A stretch of 64,000 nt of DNA from Camelus ferus (GCF_009834535.1 NC_045696.1:10914001-10978000), one strand, 5' to 3'. Numbered from the stretch's first letter, positions 11,936 to 24,819 are shown. Made by a program: numbers and translations. The notes: generated by a model from the letters alone, not told the origin.

Positions 11936-13139
11936 GTTATGGAAGGGTTTTTAGTAGGAAAGTGACTTGAAAAAATTGCCATTTTAAAGATAATTCTGAC
12001 TGCTGTGTAGAGATAATGGATTGAAATAGGTGAAGATAATAATAATGAAAATGGGAATTAGTATTTCTTACATATTTATTATGTGCCAAGCCTCGCACCA
12101 CATTCTTACATAGATCATCTTTTTGAATCCTCACAACAGCCCTGTGAGCTTGACACTGTTTTTCTCAAGCTCCTGATGGGACAGCGAGGCACAGAATAAC
12201 CTGCCCAGGCTCATTCCTTTGTTAAGTGTTAAAGATGGGAGTCTAACTCAGGGCACTCTGACTCTTGAGCAGCTCTTCTCAGCTAGGGTTCTTTGATAGC
12301 TGATGCCCTAAGGCCTCCATTGTGTATGCATCTAGAATGGTACTGGCTTGTACCACCCTTGGGAAAATTAAGACGTCACTCAAATCATTTTCTGTAGGTT
12401 TTAGTTCTCTCACAGAATGCTGTTTGAGAAAGACTATACCAGAGCTCATGTTCGTAACCACTTGAGTAACTGTAGGGTCCATAAAGAGATGATGTCAGCT
12501 TAGATTAGGGGGTGGCAGTGGGAACTGAGAGGAACGTACAGAATGGATGGAGGTGGGGTCCAAGAACTTGTGGAAGAGGTTAAAAATGACACGCAGGCTT
12601 CCAGCCTGATTGGTTGGATAGGGTTGCCATTTCCTAAGATGAGAAATACTGGAAGCTGAAAAATGTTTACGGTGGAATGGGCTGGGGGCTTCCATTTTAC
12701 ATGTTTTGAGCTTAAGTAGCTTCCAGTGCCCAGGATCAAGAGGTTTGGTAAACATGCAGTATGATAGTCACAAAGAGAATTTCCATTTCTTGGGGGCGGG
12801 GGCACATAGGACTGGTTTAGGCATGATTTTCAAGGAGGGCATTTACCTAAGAATCAGCACTTGACCACTAGTATTTTCTGTTATGATGGAAAATGTTCTG
12901 TATTTGCATTGTTTATTACGGTAACCACTTGTTCCACATGGCTATTTAAATTTTAGTTGATCTCAGTCATTCTGGGAAATACTCAGACCTTTTAAAACTG
13001 CTTATTAGTACTTGGGCAAGACATGGTCCACTGTATTTCATAAGGTGTTTTACTGTGTAACTAACTTACTTTGTACTTAATTTAATTGCTTAACGTTGCC
13101 TCTCACTAATTTTTTTTTCCTTCTCCAATAACCAAACTT

Positions 13140-13490
13140 TTAGTAACAGAGTCAGATTTGTAGTTGCCACAGGTAGGGAGTTGTCGGTAGGGGTGGGGAG
13201 ATTGAGTAAAGGGGATCAAAAGGTACAAACTTCCAGTTTTAAGATAAAATAAGTTCTGCGGATGTAATGTACAACATGATGACTGTAATTAACAATACTG
13301 TATTGTATATTTGTATATTTGAAAGTTGCTAAGAGAATAGAAAAAAGATTTATAACTGAAATAAGGTGAGGTATGTTAACTTATGGTGATCATTTTGCAA
13401 TATATACTTGTATCAAATCATTATGTTTTATACCTTAAATGTATGCAATGTAACATGTCAATTATATGTCAGTGAAACTGGGGAAAATAA
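13140..13490 (+). mobile_element. L1 (L1MA-like) 3' end
   Basis: aaaaggtacaaacttccagtt...gatgtaatgtacaacatgatgact...gaaagttgctaagaga...tcaattatat motifs of L1MA 3'UTRs. Confidence 0.85.
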
Positions 13491-13506
13491 TTTTGTTTCT
13501 TTCTAG

Positions 13507-13653
13507 CTCTTAGGGAATTTTCTCCAATGGTATGGCATTTTCTCAAACAAAACTCTTCAGGAGTTATCAATAGACGGTTTGTTAAATAGATACATTCTCA
13601 TGGCTTTTCAGAATTCAGAATATGGAGATGACAGCATCAAAAAAGCCCAGAAT
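13507..13653 (+). CDS. PAXBP1: PAXBP1 coding exon (about exon 16)
   Basis: ttctAG|ctc...aat|GTGAGT; LLGNFLQWYGIFSNKTLQELSIDGLLNRYILMAFQNSEYGDDSIKKAQN. Confidence 0.95.
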
Positions 13654-14099
13654 GTGAGTTAAATGATTTATGGTAGTTTTTAAAGCATGTAAGTTAAAAT
13701 GAATTAAGTTTTGTTTGAAGAGATTTGAGAATTTTATGAAAACTCCTTTGATTATTGAACTTGGTGTAATGTTGACAATCACCTTGCTTCCCAAGTAGTT
13801 CCAAACCCCCTTAGCACTTTTTAAATAAAGATTTATATTGTTATTTATGTGTATATTTATTCTTCTATCCATCTATCTGTATCAGTATTTATTTTTGTAG
13901 GTATTAATAATAGTTTTAATTTGGGGATTTTTTTTTTTTCAGTTGAGTGAATGCTATTTTGAGTGTTACTAAAGAAATGGTCTCTCCTCATTAAAGAAAT
14001 AATTTTAGTTAATTTTTTTTTACTTTATATACATGAGTTTGATCTTTTTAAAAAAAATTTTTAAGCAGTCATATGATTAAAGAAAATTTGCTAGTGCAG

Positions 14100-14720
14100 T
14101 TTTTTGACCTAAACTATGTCAGAGTAATTCTCTGATGTGATACTTCTCTACCCTTAAATATTTTTGTGTCTGTTTCCTATAAACATGGATATTCTTGTAC
14201 ACGATTACAATATAACTATCAACATCAGTAAATAAACATTTATATATTACTCACACCTAATCCTAGGCCTCTCTTCAGGTTTTATCAGCTGTCTCAATAA
14301 TATCCAAAAGAAATTGGCAAGAGGAAGGATTGTCCTTTGCAATTAATTGTCGTGTCTTGTTAGTCTGCTTTAATCTGGAAGACTTCTTCATTCCTTGACC
14401 TTCATAACTCTGACACTTTTGAAGATCATGGTTCAGTTATTTGATAGAATGTCCCTCAATTTGGGTTTGTCTGATAGTATCTCATGATTAGATTCAGATT
14501 TTGCATCTCTGGCAGGAATTGTCCTAGACTTCATTAGTGGGAATCCCTCCAGGTTGACTTCTGTGACCTCGTGACATGTCCTCTAATTTGGAGGAAGCAC
14601 TTTCTTGCTTACTGGCACACAATGTTCCAGGTCCATTTTGTACTTGCTCGGCCGAGTTCTGGAAACAGTCATTTCTTCGAACATCCCTGGGTTCTTTGAT
14701 GAGGAGCCTTCTCTACCCAC
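14100..14720 (-). mobile_element. Old L1 (L1MC/ME-like) 3' region
   Basis: tagaatgtccctcaatttgggtttgtctgat...ctcatgattagattcag motif. Confidence 0.7.
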
Positions 14721-15296
14721 TGACTGCTTTCTCCCCTGTGGGAACCAGCCTGCCCTTGCTTGGGTTGTGGTACCCCATGCCAGGCTGCCACCATGCTCTG
14801 TTTCCCCTGCGTAGGCTCTTGCCCTAGGCTGCCTCTGGTGTGATGCTCTCTTTACCCCATTCTGGGCTAGCATGGCTCCCACTGCCAGCACGGATGCCTA
14901 CTGACTGAACCGTTCAGCATGGGGAGGGGCTGCACTTTGGTATTTATACTATACATGTTTTTACATCAAAAGCTACTGATGAAGGACAGTTCAGTTCATT
15001 TAAGGCTTCTTGGAAGACTGCAAAATGAAACAATTGGTTATTAACTTTTTGTTCCTAATTTACTTAAATATTGGAGAAATATACTTTGCTTTTAGTACCT
15101 ATCTGTTGAAGTTAAAAATTCAGGTATATTTGCATAATTTATGTAGAAAATCAGGTTTAAAAGACAATCCTTTCTAAGTAATGAGTTACATATAGCTCAA
15201 CAGGAAGTCTTTTAGTTAAATAGATTATACCCATTATCTAGACTCAGCTTTTAGACACTCATTTATTTTTAACTTTTATATCTTTCTTCTTCATAG

Positions 15297-15451
15297 GTAA
15301 TCAATTGTTTCCCCAAGCAGTGGTTCATGAATTTGAAAGGAGAAAGAACTATTTCTCAGTTAGAAAACTTCTGTCGATACCTTGTACACTTAGCAGATAC
15401 AATTTACAGAAACAGTATCGGGTGCTCTGATGTGGAAAAAAGAAATGCAAG
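15297..15451 (+). CDS. PAXBP1: PAXBP1 penultimate coding exon
   Basis: ttcatAG|gta...gcaag|GTAATT; VINCFPKQWFMNLKGERTISQLENFCRYLVHLADTIYRNSIGCSDVEKRNA; ends phase 2. Confidence 0.95.
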
Positions 15452-15772
15452 GTAATTATTTATAATTATTGAATGAAACAGTGATCGAGAGTCTTTAGTT
15501 GTCAGATTTAGTATTAGTAAAATGTTTTCAGTAGAGATGTTTCTATTTTACTTTAAACTGTACAATGACTTAGTATTGATAAACCTACCGAAGTTATGCA
15601 TTTCTTCATTTTTGCAGCTTTTACCTAATCTTTTTTCAATGTGTTATATATGAAGGTCTTAAGGGAGGACTTCTGGTAAGCACCAGCCATAAGGGGAATG
15701 AATGAATCATTGTTTTCTCTGTCTCCTCCCTTGAGGAATTGAGAAGATCTTAGGCTCTTAGAATGTCATGGA

Positions 15773-15936
15773 AAGGGGAGGGTACAGCTTAGTGGTAGAG
15801 TGCATGCCTAGTTTGCACAGGGTCCTGGATTCAATCCCCAGTACCTCCACTAAAATAAATACATAAAAACCTAATTACCCCCCCTCCAAAAAAGAATAAA
15901 ATTTAAATTCAAAAAAAAAAAAAAAAAAGAAGAAGA
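15773..15936 (+). mobile_element. tRNA-derived SINE (Vic-1-like) with 13-bp TSD
   Basis: A/B boxes and poly(A) tail; perfect TSD AGAATGTCATGGA at 15760-15772 and 15937-15949. Confidence 0.92.
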
Positions 15937-16602
15937 AGAATGTCATGGATCTTGGTCTTTGGAGATTCATTATACAGATGTAAACCCCAGGAAAGATGGC
16001 CACTGAAACCTAAAGTGTACTGAAGGTTCTATCCCAGTTTGGGGACATTTGTGCTCTACATTGAGGTTTTCTGTATCCATATTGTGGACTAAAAAGGTCA
16101 TCACTCATGATTTTTGGGGAGCAGCTCATGCATATTTTTTAATCAAGTGTTTTGAGGAAGGAATGAATAAACAAACCATTATCCCTTTCTCGGGACATTG
16201 TCTTGGATGTTCATGTAATTTGGGGATAAATCTCTAGCATAAAAAGTAAGTAAATAGTAATAATAACAACTAGTATCATTCAGAAGAATTTTATTTTTGA
16301 AAGTTTTATTTCATATATTCTTCCTATGTCAGTTTTATTTTCACTTAGATCACACCATTAGTCATGCCCCTATAACAAAATCTCTCTTTTTCCTTGTTCC
16401 CCTTCCACAAAAAAAGGACCTTATTTTCTTGAGAGAAAATTTGCTAACTTTTACAATAAAATTAAAAGCCAAGTAGATAGTAAATCCTTCAGTGGTAAAA
16501 TTGTTTGGCAGGTGATTTTGGGTTATATGTTTATTTCATCCTTAATGTGTCATTTTGGTGCTGGTTGTTACTTATCGGCACTAATATTCTCAATATTGGT
16601 GT

Positions 16603-16646
16603 TTACTAGATAGATCCCATTTACTTACTAGATAGATCCTATTTAC
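16603..16646. repeat. 22-bp tandem duplication
   Basis: TTACTAGATAGATCC(C/T)ATTTAC twice. Confidence 0.9.
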
Positions 16647-16919
16647 TTTTTAAAGTTTAGTTTATATGTTTAACAGTGTTTTTGTTTGGGAGTTAAATAT
16701 CAACAAACAGTAAATTCTTTTCTATAGAAAACAATTTCAGCAGCTGTTAAGCACCTTCTCTGTGCAGTGCACATAAAGTAGGTTCCACATGGATTACAAA
16801 GTCTTACAAATTACAATCCTTCCCTAAAAGGTGCTTCCTACAATTTTGTAGAGAAGAGACAACTAATAATGTCACGTTGTGTGTGGTTTCTCACAGTGGT
16901 TCAAACTAAATGCTGAAAG

Positions 16920-17088
16920 TAGTTTCTGGGCAGGCAGCATCAGCATCACCTGGGAGCTTTGTTAGAAATGCAGATTCTCAGGCCCCACTCCAGACCTACC
17001 GAACAGAATTCTGAGGGTGGGACCTGGTGGTCTGTGTTTCAACACCCCTCTAGGTAATTCAGAAGTGCGGTGAAGTTTGAGGATTACT
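16920..17088. mobile_element. MER5A-like hAT-Charlie MITE
   Basis: gcagcatcagcatcacctgggagct...ttagaaatgcagattctcaggcccca...ccagacct; weaker similar copies at about 2430-2550 and 54390-54520. Confidence 0.85.
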
Positions 17089-17236
17089 GAGAATGACTCC
17101 TAGCTGGGGTGATAAAGGAAGCCAGTTTATACTTTACTAGTGAATTTTGGAGGAGTGGGAATTATACTGGATCTTAATGGATTTTGATGAATACAGACAA
17201 ATATAATTTGTGTTCCAGGTATATTCTAGAAGAGCT

Positions 17237-17295
17237 AGGACTCTGGGAAGGAATGGGAGGCAGGACTCTGGGAAGGAATGGGAGGCAGGGCTCTG
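17237..17295. repeat. 25-bp tandem duplication
   Basis: AGGACTCTGGGAAGGAATGGGAGGC twice perfectly, plus a partial third copy. Confidence 0.92.
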
Positions 17296-17614
17296 AAGCA
17301 GTTAGGCAATAGATTTTCTTATCCTTTCTAGATATTGAAAATCATGTATCTGAATGAAAATTTAGGGTTTTATTTTTGAAAATGGGTCCTCTGTTTCTGG
17401 GTTGGTCATTTGAACATAGGCAAGTTTTGTTTAATGTGGATAGTTTTTTTCACACGTTGTGACTTGCTTGTCTCTGTTTCCCTTTTTTGAAAGTATGTGC
17501 TTGGAAAAATTGATTACCAAGTGCAGAAAGGATCATAAAGTCAGTAACAGATATTTTCCTTGAAGGCTTTTGTGCTAATTAATGAGATGCTGCTATATAT
17601 TTTTTCCTTTTTAG

Positions 17615-17732
17615 GGAAAACATAAAGCAGATAGTAAAACTCCTTGCAAGTGTTCGAGCTCTGGATCATGCTATGTCTGTTGCAAGTGACCACAATGTGA
17701 AAGAATTTAAGTCTTTGATTGAAGGAAAGTAG
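17615..17732 (+). CDS. PAXBP1: PAXBP1 last coding exon with stop codon
   Basis: tttttAG|g; (R)ENIKQIVKLLASVRALDHAMSVASDHNVKEFKSLIEGK then TAG at 17730-17732. Confidence 0.95.
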
Positions 17733-18054
17733 ATCTGTGAGACTGAAAAAAAGCCTGTTTGCTCTAATACCATTCCCAATGTACAAATTTTGTATATATG
17801 TAAAGTTTCTTAAACTGTAAAATACTGATTCTTGTTTTAATACAAAGAACATTATTAATATTCAATACGTGTCCTTAAATGCAATTTCTTTGGAATGAAA
17901 GGAATTCGGGTTATTTCTAGGAAGTCTATGAATGGTTTCCTTACTGCCTGTCATACTTTGTTTACAGAAGTATTTTATATGTTCATTCAAATGAACCCTT
18001 TCAGTTAATTGTTTTCTGTAAACGATGTGTGCAGTGTATATTGTGTAATTATGC

Positions 18055-18078
18055 ATATATATATATATATATATATAT
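18055..18078. repeat. (AT)n microsatellite in the PAXBP1 3'UTR
   Basis: About 12 consecutive AT units. Confidence 0.9.
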
Positions 18079-18571
18079 TTATACCATCATGGAGTTAACT
18101 TTCACACTGGAAATTTGTGGTGTTTTTCTACAGAGTAAGCCTTTTAACAGCAGAAAACTATTCAGTAGCATATTGTCTTAGGGAAATTCCTACACTGTTA
18201 CAAAAAAAGGGCTGGCAGGTGACCTTTTGGTTAGCAGTTGCTGTCACTGTAGCTACGCTGCCTTAAAGTTGAGACGTGAGTGTGGACTTGGTTATTGGGT
18301 GAATGGGGAACTTTTCTTCCTTGAATAGCATTACAGTCAAATGTAGGTTTAACGTGAACTCTAAGTAGTACATGCAACATAGGTTTTTGAAAAGAACATA
18401 GCAGCTTAATTTTGGGGAATGATAGACCCACAACCTAACTGCATGGTTTTGGGCTGACTGTCCTGTCTCATTCATGATTTTACTCCCTGACCAGCTTAAA
18501 AAAATACATGCATTTGAATTTTAGTAGTCTGTCATTATATTTAAAATCCCACATATGTGAGTTATATATGC

Positions 18572-18577
18572 AATAAA
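18572..18577 (+). terminator. Candidate proximal polyadenylation signal AATAAA
   Basis: Canonical hexamer in the PAXBP1 3'UTR. Confidence 0.45.
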
Positions 18578-18776
18578 GAACACGCCTTGCCGATTAGCTA
18601 CACCCAGGCAGTTTAATATCCATGGTCTTCTATAATGTTTATACCATGCTGTAAATATTCAGAGAACTTGTTTTAAAGTTTATGCTTTCTGATTCTGTGA
18701 TTTTCAAAAGAGGAACTTTTTGGAAATTAAGGACTATTGTTTGATAATTATATATGTAATTAAGCTTTAGCCAAAC

Positions 18777-18782
18777 ATTAAA
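18777..18782 (+). terminator. Candidate distal polyadenylation signal ATTAAA
   Basis: Variant hexamer followed about 20 nt later by a GT/T-rich element (ctttgttgtattttg, 18801-18815). Confidence 0.55.
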
Positions 18783-19539
18783 TTAATTTTTAAATAGACC
18801 CTTTGTTGTATTTTGCTGACAACTAATTTTAGTTAGAGTGTTTCATGTGACTAATATAATGAGACCTTAGCACGTACCCTTGGTCAAGTAATATTTAGAA
18901 CAGTGCCATGCACTCTAATTGCTGTCAATTTTATCTTTCTTGTAGGAACATTGCTTATCCCTACAAATTCATTCTGGATGAATTGTTCGTTACCCTTAGT
19001 GGCATACTAAATAGAATTAAAATGAGAACGCTTATTCTCACCTTCAGTGGGCTAAAACATATAAATGTGTGTGTGTGTATGACACACGTAATTTGTGCCT
19101 TAATTTGTGTTTCCAAACCCATTGGACTGATTACTTTTCAGGTATCTTCTTTTAAGGACATTTGAAGTAAACTCAGCTTTTTCATCCTGTGAAATCCATC
19201 AGGCTGTTTTACTCTCAGAAATGAGTTTGAACCCACAGTAGGACCTTAATGTAAGGTGGATTTATCATAGAAAGCAAGTGGTTCGCACACTGCAGCCAGA
19301 AGTTTTTTATTCCTGAAATAGCTAAAGGACATCCTTTCTTATGAAGTAAATTGTCAAAAGATAAATCCAGAGAGTGACATTTTAATGAAGTGGAGGTTTT
19401 GTCCTTTCAGTTTTGTCTTTTGGAGCGGTCTTCTGAAATACTTCCAAAATAGGTGAGGAATGTTTTTGAAAAGGAAAGTTGTTTTATTGAGACTGTATTA
19501 ACCATAGTCATGAAGACTGATAACTACTATTGTACCAGA

Positions 19540-20690
19540 TGATGTTGGTGACCTTATTGATGCCATGGTGACTTGCAAACACCTGCAGCTCTACCTGAGG
19601 ACTTTCCCTTGGCCTGTGCTACAGGCTAGAGTGTCTGTCACCTAATGTCACTGGGAGCAACCCTCAGCCAAAGAAAGCAGCAGGAGGATAAATACCCCAG
19701 TGCGTTGGTTCAGGTCCTCTGGGGAGCAGTCACTGTCATGGCATTAGATGTACAAGCGACTTGTTGAGGGAAATGACATTGACGGGCAAAGGAGAGGAAG
19801 TGGAAGGGGCTGAGCTAGCCTTAGAGCCAAGAGCTCACGAGGCAGGTGTGATCTCTGAAGGAGAGAGGGAAGGAATTAAGGAAGGTGTCAGACATCAGTG
19901 CAGTTCTAAAAGTTTGGGCAAGGCTGATGGAGCCCTCAATCCAAAGTCACGATTCTGAGGAATTTCATGTCACCAGTTTTTTTTTAAAAAACAATTTTAT
20001 ATTGAGTTATAGTCATTTTACAATGTGTCAAATTCCAGTGTAGAGCACAATTTTTCAGTTATACCTGAACATATATATATTCATTGTCACATTGTTTTTC
20101 ACTGTGCTACCATAAGATCTTGTATCTATTTCCCTGTGCTATACAGTATAATCTTGTTTATCTGTTCTACATTTTGAAATCCCAGTCTGTCCTTTCTCAC
20201 CCCCCACCCCCTTGGCAACCACAAGTTTGTATTCTATCTCTATCAGTCTGTTTCTGTTTTGTATTTCTGTTTCGTTTTTGTTTTGTTTTGTTTTGTTTTT
20301 AGATTCCACATATGAGTGATCTCATATGGTATTTTTCTTTCTCTTTCTGGCTTACTTCACTTAGAATGACATTCTGCAGGGACATCCATGTTGCTGCAAA
20401 TGGCGTTATGTTGTCGGTTTTTATGGCTCATGTCACCAGTTTCTTACCTTCCTTTGTATTCCCACCACACTCAGTAATTGGTAGAGAGCAGTTCTTGGGG
20501 ACCATGGCCGGTACAACCAGATTCTCCTTGTAGGAGACCTGAGAGGCACAATTTCATGTCTACAACAGCTTCCTAATCTCAGATAGGAAGAGGTATGTTC
20601 CACATTATCTCCCAGAGGGCTTCAGTTGATTTGAGCCATAGTTGCCTGCAGTGATAACCTTATCACCCAGAATTGGCCAAGAATTGCACA
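19540..20690. mobile_element. Old ERVL-class LTR relics (LTR16-like), nested
   Basis: LTR16-like motifs (gcaaccctcagcca...ggataaataccccag and tcccagag...agttgcctgcagtgataac) flank a second TG...CA LTR at about 19701-20564; family call from recall. Confidence 0.55.
19980..20427 (-). mobile_element. Young 5'-truncated L1 3' end with 15-bp TSD
   Basis: Poly(T) start and L1 3'UTR/ORF2-end motifs (ctggcttacttcacttagaatg, catccatgttgctgcaaatggc); perfect TSD TCATGTCACCAGTTT at 19965-19979 and 20428-20442. Confidence 0.9.
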
Positions 20691-22710
20691 AGTCTTAAAG
20701 CAAGTACCTGCCTCATGAGAATATACTAAAATGTAGCGTTCCCTAATTTTCTTTAAAGATGGGTTTATTGAAGTATGATTTATAAACTGTAAAGTTTACC
20801 CTCTATAAGCATGTATAGTTCAGTGGGTTAAGACAAATGCCTAATTTTGTTTTAAATGGCTAATTTCCCTTGAAATCATGAAAACCTAAAAATGGTCAGA
20901 TGTATAGCTTCAAAATATCCTGTCAAAATGTCAGTTGCTATGTTGTAGTGGTTCTTTATGGTTACAGTTACTCTTCTGATCTGTAACATGGTAATACCCA
21001 TATAGTAAAGGGAGTGTTGCCATTCTGATTATGACAACACTTTGGTCTCTAGTTTCAAGTAAATGAAAATGAGGACAGTTAAGCACTAGAACTCCTACAT
21101 GTAGTGAGAAAACAATGAAATATGTCTGAAATGTTTGGGAGGCCTTATACTTCGATAAGGCTGTCATTGTCCAATACGTTTTTGGAGATTCCCCCCCCCA
21201 GAACAGTCTATGGATGTTAGGTTCACAGCTGCTGAGAGTGACTTCAGATTGCCCAGCAAAGGCAGACAGGCTAACAATTGTCATATGGAGTTGATATTGA
21301 TATGTAGTGTTGAGTTCTGGACCTCTGGGCCCCAGTAATTTGTACTAGCTTTGTCCCAGCCCTGTCAGCCCTAACTGTAGCAGAGGCTTAGAGGAGAATC
21401 ATCCAGTACCATGAGAATGCCTAGCACAGCATTTCTCAATGTATGCTGTGGTCCACTAGTTCCTGGGCTCTTACTTTAAAAGATCTTTAGGAAAATGTAC
21501 CTTACATCCAATGCTTGATAATTGAGAATACATGGTAAATGATAAAAGGTTAGACAAATCCTGTAGAAACCATTTTAAGCTACTTTACAAAAGCACTTTG
21601 ACCATGAAATCTTACCTTTTACATGTAACTTAGATGTTGAAATTTCAGAGATGCCTGCTGCTTAGGGACCAAGAGCCAGGTTGAAGAGTGAGCATCCTAC
21701 AGCTCTGATCTCAATAAGGCCCAAACCCTGTTAGAGCTCTGGTCCTTTGATTTCCATGAGAATCCTTACGTGTCATTAAAACAAACCTTTTTATTTGAGC
21801 TCTCTTGACTTGGTCTCTTGTTCCAAATGAAAATTTTTTGTCACATGCAAGTTCCCTGTTTGCTCCCATTGCAGTTTTCTTATCTCTGATACATGTGAGC
21901 AATTTTTCAGTCTTTCAAAAACTTTGAAGTTTTTGTTTGATTTTACTCTCACGATGATTCTGCTCTCAAGCTCCTATATTTTGCTAGTTATAGGATTTTC
22001 ATTTTTCCAATTTAAAATCTTATCCTTCACTGATTACTGTGGACGTATTCTAAGCAAATAGCAAATGCTTTTTGTCACCTACTGTTGTGTTGCCTCTCAA
22101 GACCACTGTTTTCTCTTTAATAAGGAGACATCCCTTCCTATATATATCTCTGCAGATCCTGACATGAAAGTTAGCTCTAGTTTATGTAATCTGAAAAGAA
22201 GCTTTTAAAGATAACTGAATCAGGGTTGTTAATATTCTCCAAATTTGCCAAATGCTTTCTATCATTTTTGATAGGGAAGTCCTTTGATAAGAAAAAGTAT
22301 GCCCTACTACTAATTTACATGGTTAATTTGTCAAAATTCATAGCCTTGTAACATATGGTATATTTTTATGTCACTGGCATAATCAGTCTTTTTTTTTAAT
22401 TGAGTTATAGTTGGTTTGCAATGTTCAATAATTTCTAAATTAATAAATCCTGTCATGTACTGGGGACATACTATTAGACTGGGCCATATATAGTCACTGT
22501 GTGAATATTTTTGACCTATGGAAATGGTGATTGCATGTTTCAACCTGATACAGGGAACTGCCCATAGGAGAAATGACTCAGTCAAAAAGCAACATTTAAA
22601 AATCATGGTGTTTACCTTCATTTCATTGACACTATTAGAGCTGACGTCTGAAACATCCATCAGGCTGTTTACTGATCTCAGTTTCTCTTCTGACGGAGTC
22701 ACATAAGCCT

Positions 22711-23150
22711 TGTATGGAGTTGTCTGTGGCTGCTGTAACAAATTACCACAAACAGGGTAGTTTAAAACAACAGAAATTCATTCTCTCACAATTCTGAGTC
22801 CAGAGGTTTGAAATGAAAGTATTGGCAGAGACATGCTCCCTGCAAAGGCTCTAGGGAAGAATTTCCTGCCTTCTTCCAGCTTCTGGTGGCTGCTGACATC
22901 CCTTGGCTAATGGCCACATTGCTACAGTCTCTACCTCTGTCTTCACAGTGTGTGTGTGTGTGTGTAAAATCTCCCTCTGCTGTCTCCTTATAAAGACATT
23001 TGTGATTGCATTTAGGCCCTACCCAGATAATCCAGAGTTCAAAATCCTTAATCATATCCACAAAGACTTATTCTTCCCATAAGTTAATATTCACATGTTC
23101 CAGGGATTCGTGTATGGGTATCTTTTGAAGGTGGTATTTCTTCCTACCAC
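22711..23150 (-). mobile_element. MaLR solo LTR (MLT1B/C-like)
   Basis: ggctgctgtaacaaattaccacaaac...aaaacaacagaaatt...cttccagcttctggtggctgctg...ggccctacccagataatccag are typical MLT1 motifs. Confidence 0.85.
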
Positions 23151-24819
23151 TGGCATCATTGCTCATTTTCAAGGGTCAAGATAGTGTCAGCACATCTCTG
23201 TAGGCCCTTAGGACCTCACTAAGAAGTATGCATATGCCACTTAACCTGTATTTTAAGTCAGGCCACGCCAAGGATACTCTAGATTTGGTGAAAATTTGTC
23301 CAGCTATTTTCAAGTGCTGTGATGAACAAAGAAGTATAAACAGAAAAGAGTGAGAAAAACAGAAAGGAGTAACAGCTTTTAAAATCACTAGTAAAATGGC
23401 CCTTATATTTTTAAACCCTGGGCATGTGCTCATTTCATGACTAAAACGATCTATTTTGCAAGGATTTGGAAAAGCTGTGGCCTTCTACTGACAACTTGAG
23501 GACTAAGAGTCCCACTTACCCGCAGATTAATTTGAAGAAAGAAGCAGAAATTCAAACACAGAACCAAGAAACATTGACCTCGGTTTCTTCAGTTCAAGAT
23601 CAAAAGAAGCCAGAAATAGGCCAAGCATTTGCTTCTAAAAGAGCCTAGCACCGATATTTCCCACTCTGAGAAAGAAGGGGTACCTAGTGTAGCCACACAG
23701 ACACAGGTGCACTGGAAGGTTTGGGGTGGGCAAATTTGGATGGAGGTCTCAACTCCACCTCAAACAGTAATTTTTAACCAGTTAACTTTTCTGGGTCTCA
23801 GCTGTCAACTTCCAAGCAATATATTCAATAACATCAACCTCTCACCTGGAGCTGTACCTTCCACATGTTTTTCTTCTGGGGCTATAGATGTATACCTGAA
23901 AAGGCAAATAAGAAAAATTCCATTCTCACCCACTTGCATTTTGTTTTCTCTGTCCAATGCAATCTCCAATTGAAATGGATTCTCCAAGAGGGAAAAATAA
24001 ACATAAAAAGCAGAGTATTTTAATGTAGAGTAAGTAGAATATTTTAATGAATTTAATTCTGAGGCTGCTGTCCGTAACCACTACAAAGAGCAAAAGTTTC
24101 TCTAAGGAGATGGTACTAAATGAGAGAAATCTCCAGTTCTCAGAACTAAATCTAAGTGTCTTTGCAAATCTCCTTTTAGAAAAGAAGTGGCTTCTTTTCT
24201 AATGAATTATAGCTACTTTAGTATCCTGAAACCAGGGTGGGTCTAGCTTCTCTGAAATAGATGAAGAAGTGTTAAATCAAGCCACATGACAGGGCTCAGA
24301 GGGGGAAATGATCTTGTGCAATACACTAAATTTAAATTCTGCTTTTGCTGTTAATAAAAGCAAGAAGGGGAAGAGGTAAAGAAAAAGCAAAGGCAAGTGG
24401 AAACGGTTTCCCAGAGTGCTGAATTCTTTGGGTTTTCAATTCCTCTTGACCCTGCAGGTTTGACTTCATTCCCATATTTAGATCTATTAGGTGGAAACGG
24501 AATGAGAAGCCCGTGGGGGCACACGGATATTAGCCAGGAAGCATGATTTGTTGAAAAGTGAGGATAGGGTGAAAGGGCAAGATGTCTTTAAGAAATTACA
24601 CGGTTGGCAAAAGCTAGTCGCCATTCAGTGACGACCACAGCTGCCTGGGCCTCAGTATCTCCACAGCTGAGCCCTCATTTTTTTTTTTTTTTTTATAATA
24701 GTACTCCTGAGAGCTCCAGAACACACCAGAAGAAAAGGAAGCGAACAGAGCTGTTCCAAAGCAGGCATTAGTTTTTCTTCCTGCTACCTACCCAGACGCT
24801 CAGTCATAGTAAGAACTCG

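Larger units (their letters stand above)
17733..18800 (+). other. PAXBP1: PAXBP1 3'UTR (end approximate)
   Basis: AU-rich, apparently transposon-free sequence after the stop, with poly(A) hexamers at 18572 and 18777. Confidence 0.7.

Noticed and set aside
16603..17295. Short direct repeats as a CRISPR-like array
   Set aside because: They are only two-copy tandem duplications without spacers, in mammalian intronic DNA.
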